Shown here: in pieces, positions 63,511-64,000 of the stretch
How the letters are laid out: each line of letters opens with the position of its first letter
Numbering within the stretch: position 1 is the stretch's first letter
NCBI GenBank assembly: GCA_040954595.2
Contig: CM082588.2
Location: 6,832,202 to 6,896,201 of the forward strand
DNA: 64,000 bases
Reading direction: 5' to 3'
From: Balanoglossus misakiensis
Lineage: Eukaryota > Animalia > Hemichordata
Position numbers and translations under genes: made by a program
Notes under the pieces: generated by a model
Seen by the model: only the letters and a program-made list of their open reading frames with translations
The model's database searches: none
Told to the model about the DNA's origin: nothing

Positions 63511-64000
63511 TCAGATGATGGTGATTTTTGTCAAATTATTGCAAGTGCGATATGTTAGAACTTTGTCAGGGGTATTGGTCATCAGAAATTTGCGTGTTTA
63601 AGAAGTACGCGGAAGGCTGTACATGTAAGATTTTGATGGAAAAATACGAAACGTTTTATCTCTGACTTGTTGAGAGCCAGGTTTTACACAGGGAAAAAGT
63701 GGGAAGGTAGTAGACCAGCGACTTGTCATCTGAATTGGTGTTTGCAATAGCAGCAATAATGCAGATTGAAACGGGACTCTTTTTGTAGTTTTCCAAGCAT
63801 CATGCCTGTTGTGTACTGCAACCACTATCTTCGGAGCTATCGTCATGGCGATAGTTACCGGTGCAAACAGTTACGCACCCAGACTGTCTGTGTGATATGT
63901 CATTTCACACCGTAGTCTCTGACCGCTGACATTTTCCTTGTATCGACAATCTAAATGATTCCTCCCATATCGTTTGGCCGTGACTACTACATTATCCTGC

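Noticed and set aside
1-64000. Window-wide abundance of CTTTGAT/ATCAAAG sites
   Set aside because: A 7-mer of this composition is expected roughly a dozen times by chance in 64 kb of AT-rich DNA on both strands; only the local cluster at 57-59 kb is reported.

Overview
Eukaryotic (animal, probably marine invertebrate) genomic DNA, not prokaryotic. It holds the promoter and first six coding exons of a TMEM135 orthologue on the + strand (130-285, 1412-1539, 3137-3229, 3788-3821, 5037-5102, 50937-50983). These splice in frame through canonical GT-AG sites. Exons 1-5 lie within 5 kb, followed by a 45.8-kb intron 5 and an intron 6 that appears to run past the window end (no exon 7 found). The introns contain many non-autonomous DNA transposons: several TTAA-flanked Kolobok-like MITE families (one an almost complete ~350-bp palindrome), a TA-flanked CTGTA-ended MITE family with two subfamilies, short piggyBac-like and pogo-like MITEs, a probable SINE relic and microsatellites. 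Between the repeats are CpG-rich, motif-dense unique patches (homeodomain TAAT clusters, TCF/LEF, RFX X-boxes, DR1). These suggest the giant introns act as an enhancer-bearing regulatory block, possibly for a neighbouring developmental gene (FZD4 neighbours TMEM135 in human); this is inference. Apart from 130..345 (exon 1), the ORF track looks like noise. I found no novel protein-coding system.
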